Part shown: positions 40,001 to 52,463 of the stretch, piece after piece
Layout: each line of letters opens with the position of its first letter
Numbering within the stretch: the first letter of the stretch is position 1
Origin: Rhizaria sp. SCN 62-66
Lineage: Eukaryota
Direction of reading: 5' to 3'
NCBI GenBank assembly: GCA_001724265.1
Contig: MEDY01000043.1
Span: 1-64,000 of the forward strand
DNA: 64,000 nucleotides
Notes under the pieces: generated by a model
Database searches by the model: none
Told to the model about the DNA's origin: nothing
Seen by the model: only the letters and a program-made list of their open reading frames with translations
Position numbers and translations under genes: made by a program

Positions 40001-43000
40001 GCCGGTTCCGCTGTTGAAGTGACCATGAAGGCTGGTACCCACTATCCGGTTCTGCTTTCATTCTTAGCAGGTTATGGACCGTCGAACGACCCAATGACAT
40101 TGAATTTAGTTGCGCCCGATACTTGTCTCGTATGCGCGACCACAGCCTCTAGTTCATGCGCAAATAAGGGTGTCGTGACAGTATCGACAACTTCGACCTT
40201 TTCAAACATCTACATTCGCTGCAATGTGGCTGGTTTTACCCCTCTTAAGTTTTATCTTGATTATGACCCAGCCACGGATGATGTTATGTACGACACTGCC
40301 TCAATCTCTGTGTACGAAGTTACGGGTAGTTTGACTTTCTCCGCTCTGGCCATGCCGATCGCCACGGGTGTTGACGTTCCGGTCACACTTTCAGTGGATA
40401 CTCCCGCCATCACTGCGATCGATATTTCTGTTGCGACATTCAACACGAAATGTTTTGTTCACAACGGCAACAACGCAACAGCCATGCCGTTCAACAGCAC
40501 AATTGCACAGGGCACGACGAGTACGTCTTTCTTTTTCCGATGCACGGAGATGCTTCACCAAGAAGATGCGTTCGTCTTAACTGCAACAGACAAGTCAGAT
40601 GGTATGTCCCCCGGTAAATCGACCGTGATCTACACATTCGGTACTTCAGGCATCGTTGCTGTTCAGACTGACCTTGCTACAAATCTCGTCACAAACGTGC
40701 CCGTGACTGGGAATGAGACGTATAGTATCATTGCTGCCGATGTGCAGCCGTTCCGCGTGTTGATGACTCCACCCCCGACACGTGGTTCACTGTTTCAGGT
40801 CACGGTAGCACAGTCTGTCGCAACAGGTCACTGCTCGATCTCATATTCGGATAACGCGGCCACATTTGTTCTCGCTTCCAATGGCACGACACTTAACGTT
40901 GTCGGTTATGTTAATGAGTATTACTCTGAGGCATTCTATGTTATCTGTGAGTCACCGACAGCTGGTTCCGACTCGTTGAAGCTCAGTGTCACGCAGATCG
41001 CCGGTGACCAGTACCGCTACTCTAAGAATGTGAGCGATACTCTGTGCACGCTTAATCTCCGCTCCAAGGGTGAGCTGCGTCTCTACCGCATCACAGATGA
41101 GTCTGAGGAAAACCTTAACCGTGCCGACCTGGCAAGCTCAACATACTACATCCCTGTCTTGTCTGAGACGTTGCTGCGGCTTGAGTTCCTCCCCGCTACT
41201 GGCCAGATCATGCCGTTTAACTTTGCTTGGAACAGTCCCAACGGTTGTGTTGTGAAGCTACCCAACACGGCGGCTACAGGAACGGTTGCTTACAATGTCC
41301 CCGCGTTGGTGTCTCAGCTGAGCTTTACCGTGGCGTGTAGCGAGGCTATTACAACTGGGGTGGCGGAAACTTCCGTCTCCCGGCTTACTATCACTGACCC
41401 GTACAACAACTATCCCAGCTTCACCGTGGAGTTGCGTGTCGAGCTTGCACTTGACCTGGTGCTCTCCGACGAGACTGAGATTCCGACTGGTCTATCCGTC
41501 AATGCACCTTTACACGTCCACGTCACCTCTCTGTACACAGCAAAGGCCTACGGGATCAAGATCGCTATCACCACTACGAACGGTATGTGCAAGCTCATGA
41601 TCAGCGGCATTGCGGGGTACACTCAGAGTATCACCACAACAGTGACAAGTGGCCAGTCAACTTCGCTGTATATTATGTGCACAGCCATCTCGACTGGTGG
41701 TGGCACAAACATCCTCATCACCTCCAACGACACCACCTCGTACCGCATTCAGCCGTGGGAGTTCGTTGGCCTCACTTCGTCCGGTTCTATTTACATCTCG
41801 CCGTCGTCGGCCTACACGAGCTACGACGCGACACTGCCGTCCATCGTGCAGGTCAGTGTGCCACAGGAGCTTAACGTGCACCTGGTGCCGGCTTGCGTCG
41901 AGAACACGGACTTCACGTTTAAGAAGACAGCGGCTGCTGGTACAACCCAGCCCCTTTGTGGGTTCACGCTCATCAACTCTGCTTCGTCGACAATCTACGA
42001 CACGCTGACAATTACGATCAATATTGGGTACAACATTTCGTCTTCGCCCGTCTACTTCCGCTGTGACTCCGTCACTCGCGGTGGTCCTTCGATCATCGTG
42101 TCACCAAGCAACTCAGCCTATATTGAATACTACGGTTCCACACTTTTGCCGCGTGGCTCTTATGCATTCTTGGGAGAAAACAGCATTGCTCTTGGGGATT
42201 ACTTGCCATTCATGGTTCCATATTTCATTAGGATTCGCCTGCTCCCTGCTGCTGATGGTACCCTTGGTGCTGTATTCACTGTCAGTCTCTCATCGTTTGC
42301 TGCAGAATGCACACTCGCAGTTGCTGAAGCTCAGGCAATCAATGGCACTTCTTCAATCTTGTTTAATCTTACGCAATCGTCTAATAAGGAATTCCTCGAC
42401 TTCTACATTTATTGTGCGAAGGCCGCAACTGTCGGTCCAGCGCTGGTCGTCAATCCTGGCACGAACGTACTTTATGCTGTCGGTGCATCGAACCAATTCG
42501 CGGTGACCGGTCTCGTGCGTGCTGTCGATCTTGATAGCTCCAACTATCCCCTAATCAACACTCCGTTCCAGTCGGAGATTGCGATTGATACGTACACTGC
42601 CTTCACACTCTACATGATGCCCGCCCCTGCAGAGGATGTCACACTCAATCTCACTCTTTCTCCTACCGATGATTGCGTGCTCGTGCGCAAGGATCTCCTG
42701 ACCGGTGGTATTAACTCAACGTTGAGCACTAAAACGCTGCTACTTGTCGTGTCAAAGGGTGTCACGTCGCCGTCGATTCCTGTCACCACCGGGGCTGCTC
42801 GCAATGCGATTGTGATTTATTGCAACGCATTGCCTGGTAGCAAAGCTAGCCCCGTGCTGTACTCGAAGCAGGTCTCCGGTCCGCACTCGATCAACTACGC
42901 TGACTATACTGCTCACATTGCATTCACCATCTATGGTCGTATGCAGGTGTTGCGCCCCAATAACGACGTCGTTGGCTCTTCTATCGAAGCAGGTGTGCCG

Positions 43001-46000
43001 ACCCAGATGATGGTTGTTTTGAACCCGAAGCCAGGCACGAACACGAACATCGCAGTCAGTCTAAGTTCAAGCAGCACTATCGCTGGTATTTGCTATGTTG
43101 GCACGACCACGGCCGTCGGTACAGCTTTGAATCTTGTGCTGACTTTTGGAGCGGGCTCTGATGGAAAGTCGTACTTTTACGTCACATGCAATCGTGTTAT
43201 CAAGCCCAACACGTTCCAGATCAACCTTGCCTCGACGTCTGGTGAAAAATACTTTGCGTTCTCGTCGACTGCGGTCACAGCTGTCTCTGCCCCTGTAGTG
43301 TATTCATATGGCACGACGACACGCCCCAATATTATCGAATCGCACACAGCTACCTACCTGACTGTTTCTTTGCCTGTGGCTCCCGGTGCGACGACGAACA
43401 TGACTGTAGTGCTCAACAACACAGCTAACCCTCTCACTGATTATTGCCGGTACTCGACCTCTTCGAACTTCGCGGCTTTCGCGACGCTTCCAAGTTCTTT
43501 TCAAGCCTCATTTGGCGCTACGGCGAAAGAGCTGCATTTTTACATCTACTGTACGCTCCCTGTTCATTCCGGGAACCTGCCTTTTTTCACTGTGACGACA
43601 ACTTCTGGTACTAAATACGATGACTACACATCTACCGGAGTCATTATTCGTGCCCGCCGTTGCTCCGCGTACACGGGTCCTGATTATAGTGTTGTTGTTG
43701 TGTCAAAAGAAGCGGGTGGATTTTACAACCCGGCTGTATATGACGGTATTCAAGAAGACCAACTTTTTGTTTTGAACAACACGTTGACTTATTCGTGTGT
43801 CGAGGGATATTTCTTACCTACGAATATCACGTATCTTAACACAACACTTCGCTGTGATGGCTCAACGGGCTCTTGGGTTGGTACACAGTACCAGTGTACA
43901 CCGGCATCGTGTGGCGACTTGACGTTCGACGCAGTCTCTCTGAACGTCAACACCAGTGTGACGTACGTAAAACGTAGTACGTCCAACAAGACGATTGATA
44001 CCACCAAATCATACCTTGCTGTCGCAACAGTGCGCTGTGTCACGGGTTTTGCATATAATCAGGTGAAAAACGAGGCTGTTCGTCTCACCCAGACGAGCAC
44101 ATGTCAGGCGAGCGGATTGTGGTCTCCCGTGCCCGCGCAATGTAATATCATCGACTGTTATGATATTTCCGCTTTGCCTGACGGTGGTTCAACGCCTAAG
44201 TTGCTTAACTCAACGACAACGTATGGATCGTATGCGGAGTTCGAGTGCTTAGAGGGTTATGCTATTTATCATAAAGAGCGTCTCTCGACCTGCACGATCA
44301 CTGGCTTTTGGTCATCCGACTCTTTGCCGTATTGTGAGTCGCTCGACTGCATCGACCTCACTCCCCCGAAGAATGGCTCCATTAGCTACACGAACCCGAT
44401 AAGTAACGGTTTATACCCGAACGATACGATAGCACAGTACTACTGCAACAAGGGTTACCGTCTGGAGACGCCCTCGATCAACAGCCGTGTATGTGGGACC
44501 GGTGGTTGGGAAGGATCACTACCTTCGTGCACACCGGTCGTGTGTGCACAGTCTGCCGAGGCGGAAAATTATATTCCGCACGAGCACGGTGTTGACGTTA
44601 CCATTGTATCTGAAACTGGTGCTGAGTACCTTCCACATGAACTGAATGGGCCGATTACATACGGCATGAAACTTAACTTCTCATGCGACTTGGGCTACGA
44701 CGCCCTTGTTGAACTCAAGTGTGATGACACTGACTCGGTTAGCGATGTTGGTGAGTTTACTGGTGGTCCCGCGTTATGTACACTACACGTATGTCCGTTC
44801 CTCAGCGTCAGCGACACTCATTTGGCAGGGATTAACTATGAGGTGACTCCTCCCGTTTATATGACCGATGCCTCGTACCAATGTAACAGCGGTTTCCGCG
44901 CCAGTCCTCCATCGGCGGCAGTCAAGTCGTGCTACCAGCGTTTTGTCGAGTGGCAGCCCACGACGGAGGTTTCTTGTGTAGCGGTTTCATGCCCGACTCT
45001 TCTGCCCATTCTTAACGGTGCAGCCACGAATCCGATCGTGTATAGCAATGGAACCTACGGTAAGATGAAATATCTGTCGACTGCGACGTACGCTTGCCAG
45101 TCAGACTACTATATCGCTGAAGCAGGGACCGCAGTGCGCACTTGCACGGCCAGTGGCACGTGGAGTGGTTCTGCGCCCGTGTGTATCCCGTACAACTGCG
45201 GCGAGTTCCCTTCGCAGTCCAACGTCGTTGTAGCGTACACCTCCAATGGATTTGGTCCCACCTCGCTGAAGGCAACTGCATCGATCAGCTGCGTCGAAGG
45301 CTATCGTCTGACATCCAGCTCATCGAGCACATGCACGGGATCCGGCTGGAACGTCACTGTTGCAACTTGTGTCGATATCGATGAGTGTGCGTACGTTAAC
45401 TGTGCTGAGGTCTACGGTGCCGGTTCTTACTGTATGAATACCATTGGCAGCTACGTCTGTGCGCCGTACATTGTTTCTGGTACTGTCTCTGTGTCTGGTT
45501 ACTCGAAGCTGGTCACTGTTCAGTACCCCCTGGTTGGCGTTGTTGACGAGACCACTAAGAACATCAACATTATTGACACGGCTGGTCGTGACTTGCTCAC
45601 GTTTAATGTCTACGTCGGTTATGGTCTTGCACTGCAGTCTGGTCCTTCAGCTGGTGGTACTATCAAGACTATTCAGTATGAGCAGACAATCTCGCCCTAC
45701 CTCAGCTTCAGTTGTGGTATTCAGAGTATTGCCAACACCCTCTATCCGCAGTATCAAAAGGTCTCTTGTCTGACCTCCGCGGCAGCTGGCCTCGTTCTTC
45801 CTGTCAAGATGGAGTTCTGCTCCACGAACCCATGGGCTGATGACCCAACTGGCGATTTGTGTCGCTGGACACCTGTGCGTCCGACCAGTAACCCAGAGGA
45901 CCGCAGCACATATCCGTTTGTGTACCGTCTCAACTATCCTGCACCGACGACGGCGCGCGCGACGCTGCGCTCCGTGACGTATTTAGACCGCACCGGTCGT

Positions 46001-49000
46001 GCTAACCTTGTCGGTCGTTCATTCAAGGGCGAGACGGTGGCTATCTACGGTACCGGCTTCCTTAACCTTACGGGTGCCATGCAGGTGACGTATGGACCAT
46101 CGGGACAGGAGGATATGTACGTCTGCACGGTGAACACGCTGATCAGCACACCGACGATCATGGCCTGCACAACACAAGATGATATTGTTGGTGTTGATCT
46201 CCTTTTCCGCATCACCGTCAGTGGGCAGTCCGTTATTTCGACTGATCGTTTCTCTTACCCTCTCCAGCTTGTTCTCACCGAAGTTTCTGGTTGCGAGAAG
46301 ACAAGCGACACGCTCACCGCGATGACGACGGTAAACTGCCCTACCGCGGGTCAGAGTTTGCTTACAATCACTGGTGACGGTTTCCTCGATCCTACTGCCG
46401 CCTACGTCAATGGTGTTGAGTGTCCACTTGTGCAGCGTCAGAATAAGGTACTTCAGTGCACTCTGCCGGTTGGCACAGGCCAGGACGTTTCCGTCATTGT
46501 TTCCTCGGGTACGCAGTACATTGAAGGTCCTGCAATGCTTTCGTATGCAGCTCCGTCTATTACGTCGATCACGAGTGGGTCATGCAGTGCTGTCAATGAC
46601 ACCTACCTCTACGACTGCCCTCGCTCGTCCGACACGGCAGCTGTGCTAACGTTGATCGGCAGTAATTTTGGTGCGGAGGGTGCTATTGTCTACGTCGGCG
46701 GTTCTCCCTGCGCGAACGCGCGGCACCACTCTGACGTCGTCACGGCCCACAGCCTTGTCACGTGCGAGCTACCGTCGGGCACGCTGATGGAGAACCGCGT
46801 GTCGATTGTGCAGATGTATGGTGAGATGTCGGTGGAGGACATGTACGTCTCGTACATGCAATGTCGCCCTGGCTACTTCTCATTCGGCACCGTTTGTGAT
46901 GTTTGCCCGAGCGGTATGTACAGCTCCGATTCTGGTCAGACTGAGTGTAAGTCGTGCCCCGCCGGGTCTTATAATGCGGTGGCAGGTGCGTCCTCGTGCG
47001 TCGCTTGCCCTGCTGGTACGTACTCCTCCATTGGCTCCCAGGTGTGCACTCCCTGCCCTAAGGGAACATACTCTGGTGCCTCAGCTGGCCTTTGCACAAC
47101 TTGCGCTGTCGGCACCTACTCGGACAGGACGCGTTCGACAACGTGCTTGCCCTGCTCCTATGGCGGTTCGAGTGACCCTGACTACGCTGGGTGCCGTTGC
47201 AACCCGGGTTTCTACATGAGCCCCGCTGGCACATGTGACGCGTGTATGGAGGGTGGCGATTGCGACTCCCCGTTCACGACCTACTTCAACGTCAAGACGC
47301 GCCCCGGCTATTACCCGACGGCACTGGCGACCAATACCGACGCTCCGTCGGTGATGCGGTATGAGCTTGACTTGGCGCTTGACGTTGATCTCTCGGACGA
47401 CTACTCGACTCAGGTGTTTTTGTCGAGCTGGTATACGGCGCTGTTCAACGAAACTGACATTGCACGCAACCGCATTCACATTGTCTCCACAACCAAGGCG
47501 CTTGTCGCGCCCGTCAATGCAACGAGCGCGACGACCAATGGCACCAGCAGTAGTGGCAGTGGCGGCACGTCCGGTGGCAGTGAGTCCATGGTTGCTCCCG
47601 GCAAGGTCAACATTGTTGCTGTGCCGCGGAGTCTGACATTCTCCCCGCTGAACGACACGACCCAGAGCACTGCTGTTTCTGGTGTGCGCGTCGTTCTTGA
47701 CGTCTACCCTCAAATCATGCGCACGGACCCGTCCGCGGCAGAAGTTGCCCAGAAGCTTTGGGCGCTGATTGGGGACAAGACATCAAACATGGGTCAGACC
47801 TTCTCAAGCGTGATTTCCGCCGTCCGTGCTCAGGACAGCTACTCCCGCAGCGCCTACGTCACTTTTGAGGCGTGCTTGACTGATGCTTGTCTTGGTGGAG
47901 ATACTCTCTGCTCTGAGGCCTACACGGGCCCGCTCTGCACGGTATGTACTGCTGGCTACGGTAAGCGTACGACGTACAAGTGCGAGTCGTGCGGCTCGCT
48001 GGGCACTCGTATTGGCTGGATGCTTCTCTCGTTCTTTCTTGCCATTATTATTATCGGTGTGCTGGCCGTGCTGTCTATCCGCGACACAACTAAGAACTTG
48101 CACCTGCCGCGCGCCATCCGCCCGTCGTCGATCGCCGCGTTTGCCAAGATCATCGTCGTCACGATCCAGGTCTGGGCCATCGCGGCGCAGTACGACTTGA
48201 TCTGGCCCAACATCCTCAGTGGCCTCTTGGACGCTGCAGATGCGGCTGGTAGTGTCGGTATGCGTGCTAGTTCGCTCGACTGCTTCACATCGGCGGGCAA
48301 CACCTACGGTGACAAGTGGTCCGCGGCGATGCGTCCCCTGTTCTTAACCTCGGTGGCCGTGTTTATTCTCCCGTTCCTGTCCGTGGTTGTCCCACTGATG
48401 TTCCTCATCCCGCTCTGGTACTTCCACCGCCGCCGTTACTCGACTGTGCTGGCGGGTGTCAAGTACACCACGACGTGGTCTTCGCAGATGGAGACGGAGC
48501 TTCGTGCGCAGCGCGATGCCATGCAGCGCGAGCTTGATGCCAAGCAGGCCAAGCCCCAGGCAGAACGCTTCCAAGGCATGGATGAAGACCAAATGAGGAA
48601 CGATAAGTATATCCACGCGCGTTCAGCCTTTGCGGCTCGTAAGGATCTCGTTGCGTCTGGCACTGCGACGGCAGATATTGATGTTCCCGAGGAGTTCCGC
48701 GCGAGCTTCCACAACCAGTCGTTCGACCTTAACGCTCGGGGCAAGCGCCCGCTCGCTCCTCCTGTGGTGCCTCCTAGTCCTGCCGACGGCGATGTCGCCC
48801 CGGATGACGACGTGTCGCAGCAGTTCTTCCACGTTGATGACTTCGCGGATGGCCCTCTTCCGCCGTCGAGCAGCTCGCAGTTCGATATGCCCTCCCGCGT
48901 GCGCCCGTCGGTGAGCCAGCGCAGTATGCTTCGCAGCCGGTCACGCCTCAACCGCGAGCAGTCGTTCCGCGATGCGCTGACGGTTGGCGACCGCATTTCC

Positions 49001-51682
49001 AACAAGGGCTTGCGCCTTCGTGATGTTGCGATGGAGTCATCATCGTCGAACCTTTTGGCCGGCACTGCGGATGAGAAAGGTGACGGCGTGTCGCGCACAG
49101 GCAAGTTCTCGCGCGCCAACACGATCACTATGATGAACGGTAACCGCAAGACGACGGAAAACAGCACGACGCTGTCCGGAACATCACAACGCGCACCATC
49201 GTTGCACAAGATTTCGCAGCAGGTCGACGACCAGTCAGCCGAGGACTACATGAAGTTCCAGCGTGACAAGCGCGTGTACCGTCTTATGATTGAGAAGCTC
49301 GCAGATCTGCGCAGCTACTACATCTGTGCCTACATGTGTTGTATCGTTGTTGCGATGTACTTGTTGCACCCCAACCTTACTTTTGCCTTCTTCCGCATTG
49401 TGGGTTGCAAGACTGTCGGTGGTGCTTCTGAGACTGCACTCACTGCGAGTTTACTCTCGTCTTCCGTCGCTTTGTCGGACGTTGTCCTGCCTCACTCTTC
49501 GATGCGCTTTGTGCTGGCCGACATGTCGATGCAGTGTTTCAGCACTGAGCACATCATCTGGGTCTGTACGCTTGGCCTCGTCATCTTTGCCCTTTGGGTC
49601 GTTGGTATCCCGCTTGTGTATTTCATGTTCACTCACCGCAATCGCGTCATTCTTCGTGCACAGCCCAACGCGCTGCCCTCGAACGAGCTGCGTCTGCGCC
49701 GCAACCTTGAGTACACATTTGCATTCATCTTCCTGGGTTATGACTCTCGCTCCTACTACTGGTTCCTGGTTGATATGATCAGCAAGGTTCTCTATGTGGC
49801 GATCGGAATCTTCTTCCCTGGTGAGATGCACGTTCAGTTCTTGCTTGCATCCTTCGTGGCGTTCGCAGTTATCTCTGGTCAGACCGCTATTCGTCCCTTT
49901 GACAGCATCCTGCTCGAGCAGCTTCAGTTCGCGGCTCTGCTGTGCACCTTTATCAGCTTCTTCCTGGCCAACTTCTTCGTCGTTGACACCGAGCTCTCGT
50001 CGTATGGCGTTGATATCATTAGCTACGTCGTCTTTATTGTGATCATCTTGTTCTTCGTCATCGCTGCCATCACCGTTGTGCTTATGTACCGTCACGACCG
50101 CCGCACGCGTGAGATTCGCGAGGCAGTGTCGACGGCGATCCGCCGCAACCTCGATCCTATTCCTCTACTGCAGGAGTGGCAGCGCAACGAGATCGAGCGC
50201 AAGTCCGCCAAGCGCAGCGCCCATGCTGCCGGCATCACCACCAACCTGCGCGAGATCAACATCCGCGACGTTGCGGCCGATGTCCAGGAGGAGCTGGAGC
50301 AGTACCTCGACAACCACAGCCGCTCCGAGTCCCTCAACGGCGCCGAGCTGGAGGAGGACGCTGGCGCGACCGAGGAGCAGAAGCGTCAGCGCCTCAAGCG
50401 CCACCACGAGATGCTCGATGCAGAGATTGGCAACGTTTTTGCCCGTGCCGAGGCCGGCGATGACGATGACAGCGCTAAGGAGCACAGTGATGAGGGCGAC
50501 GACGATGCAGCCACGACCAACAACAAGGCGAAGAAGCGCACGCGCGGCCACAAGGCTGGTAAGGATGCCGAGGATGAGTACACTGGCGACTTCATCACCA
50601 AGGACCTGCGTGACATGACCGAGGAGCGTCTGGAGCGTGGCCGCATTGACCAGTCCAACGCTGTTGTGCGCTCGCGCAAGGAGGTGCTGCAGCGCGAGTT
50701 GCTCGCCAAGGTTCCTGAGCACGAGCTGCACGGCAAGACGCAGGCCGAGATGGACCAGATTGCCGCCAAGCACTTCATTCTGCCCCGGCAGGCGCACGAC
50801 AAGAACCAGCATGAGCGCGCGCTGCACGCCTCTGGTGTGCAGGAGGTTGGTGGCACGGCAGACGACGATGGCGAGGCCGAACGCCTCTTCTACACGGCCG
50901 ACGACGACGACGCCTTCATCGCTTCATCGACCGGCATGACGCCGGAGGAGCTGGTAGCCTACAATGCTCAGCAGGAGCAGCTGATGCTCGAGGAGGAGGC
51001 TGCGGCCGCCGCGCTGCGCGACCATGTGCCCGTCCGTGGCCCACTCATGGTGTCTGCCGACGGTTCCTACGCCCCTCTGCCCGAGGCGTCTCCTGCGGCG
51101 GCGCGTCTGGCGCCGCAGCGTAACTCTATCTCGATGTCCTCGACTCCGCGCGCCTCCATCACTGCAGGTGCCGCACCGCGCTCTTCCACCATTGTGCACA
51201 AGGCCGATGGCTCGACTGAGGTGCGTGTGGGCAACCGTACGCACGTTGTTCGCCTTGTCAAGAAGTCTAAGACTGGCAAGGTGCTTGCGAAGAAGAAATC
51301 CGTCACTCCTGCAACAGCACCTATCGCTGAGGTGGACGAGCCTTTCGCGCAGGACGAAGAAGAGGAGGGCGTGCGTCGTGTTGGCGATGCGGAGACGGTC
51401 TCGTCCGGCGTTAGCGAACCGAGCACCAATTCAACGATTGCCGCGGCGGCGGCTGTGGCCGCGGTCACTGGTGCGGGTGACAAGATGACCCCGTCGCCTG
51501 AGGTGTCCACCAACTCGCGCTCGTCGCACTCACATGGCTCCAGCAACGATCCCGCGCGCACGGAGCTGAGTACGACGGCGCCCGAGACGGAGACCGAGAC
51601 CTCGCGTGCGACTCAGTCATCTGCTGGCGCAAACAGTGGCTCGACGGAGGACGATGGCGGCAGTGAAGATCTATCGGTGTAA
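31063..51682 (+). CDS. Giant (~6,800 aa) multi-pass cell-surface protein: signal peptide, beta-rich ectodomain, Sushi/CCP repeats, Ca-binding EGF, IPT/TIG, Cys-rich repeats, multi-TM C-terminal region
   Basis: Exon 1 31063-31149 encodes the signal peptide MLRFALFGVAILLATLQAAYA. Exon 2 is 31262-31351 and exon 3 is 31463-51682, ending TAA. Sushi-type C..GY/F..C..G.W..C repeats at ~43660-45370; DIDEC..C.NTIGSYVC at ~45375; ITGDGF/LIGSNFG TIG motifs; CPAGTYS repeats at ~46860-47320; hydrophobic helices at ~48010-48420 and ~49320-50090. Confidence 0.88.
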
Positions 51683-52463
51683 GAAGTGATCCAGATATAA
51701 TAATCTGTTCCTCTTCATATTCAGTCATAGTTCTTTTAAAGCCATCAGTCTTCACTAAGATTTTTTCAATTGGTCATGATTTGATGTGTTTGTTTTGTTT
51801 GATGTTTTAACACTCCCAAGTGATCGATATGTAAGTATTTCTCTATTCTACATAATTGTTTGTCTGTATGTCTATCAAATATTTGTTGGGTTTTTAATGG
51901 TGTTTTTTGTTTTGTTTTGTAGTTGTTGTGTTCATTCGTCATCACTCAAAGACAGTTGAGAACCAGCTGTTCATTTCATGGTGTGCACGTGTGTGTGTCG
52001 GTGTGTTAAGCGCCATTCACATCATAAGCACATCATCTCTTTGACTTGCGTTGGCAGTCCAGCTAAAGGCACTCCCGTAGCAAAGATGAGTCTACCGTGT
52101 TTCAATGTTCCTTCCTGAGTTGAATTTTGATGTTTCGTTTTCTTGCTCGGTTCATATTCTATATTAATGGTCATCGTTATTTTTCACTCGTATGATACTA
52201 AAACATCGGGCCGTGATGGGATCTAGGTACAGTTTACAAAGCATCGAAACAACATGGTTGTCTACCATCACCGTCGTACTTTGTGGTTGTTGTTTTCCAG
52301 AACGATCCTAAGTGAAAGCTCACAAGATACGAAGCATTCGAATACAGATGTACGTGTATATTAATTTCTTATCACTTGATAATGAGCTTACAAAATTTCG
52401 TCAATTTAATAATCTAGATAGCCTTGCCATTCATTTGTACAAAAATGTAATTCCACGTCAGAT

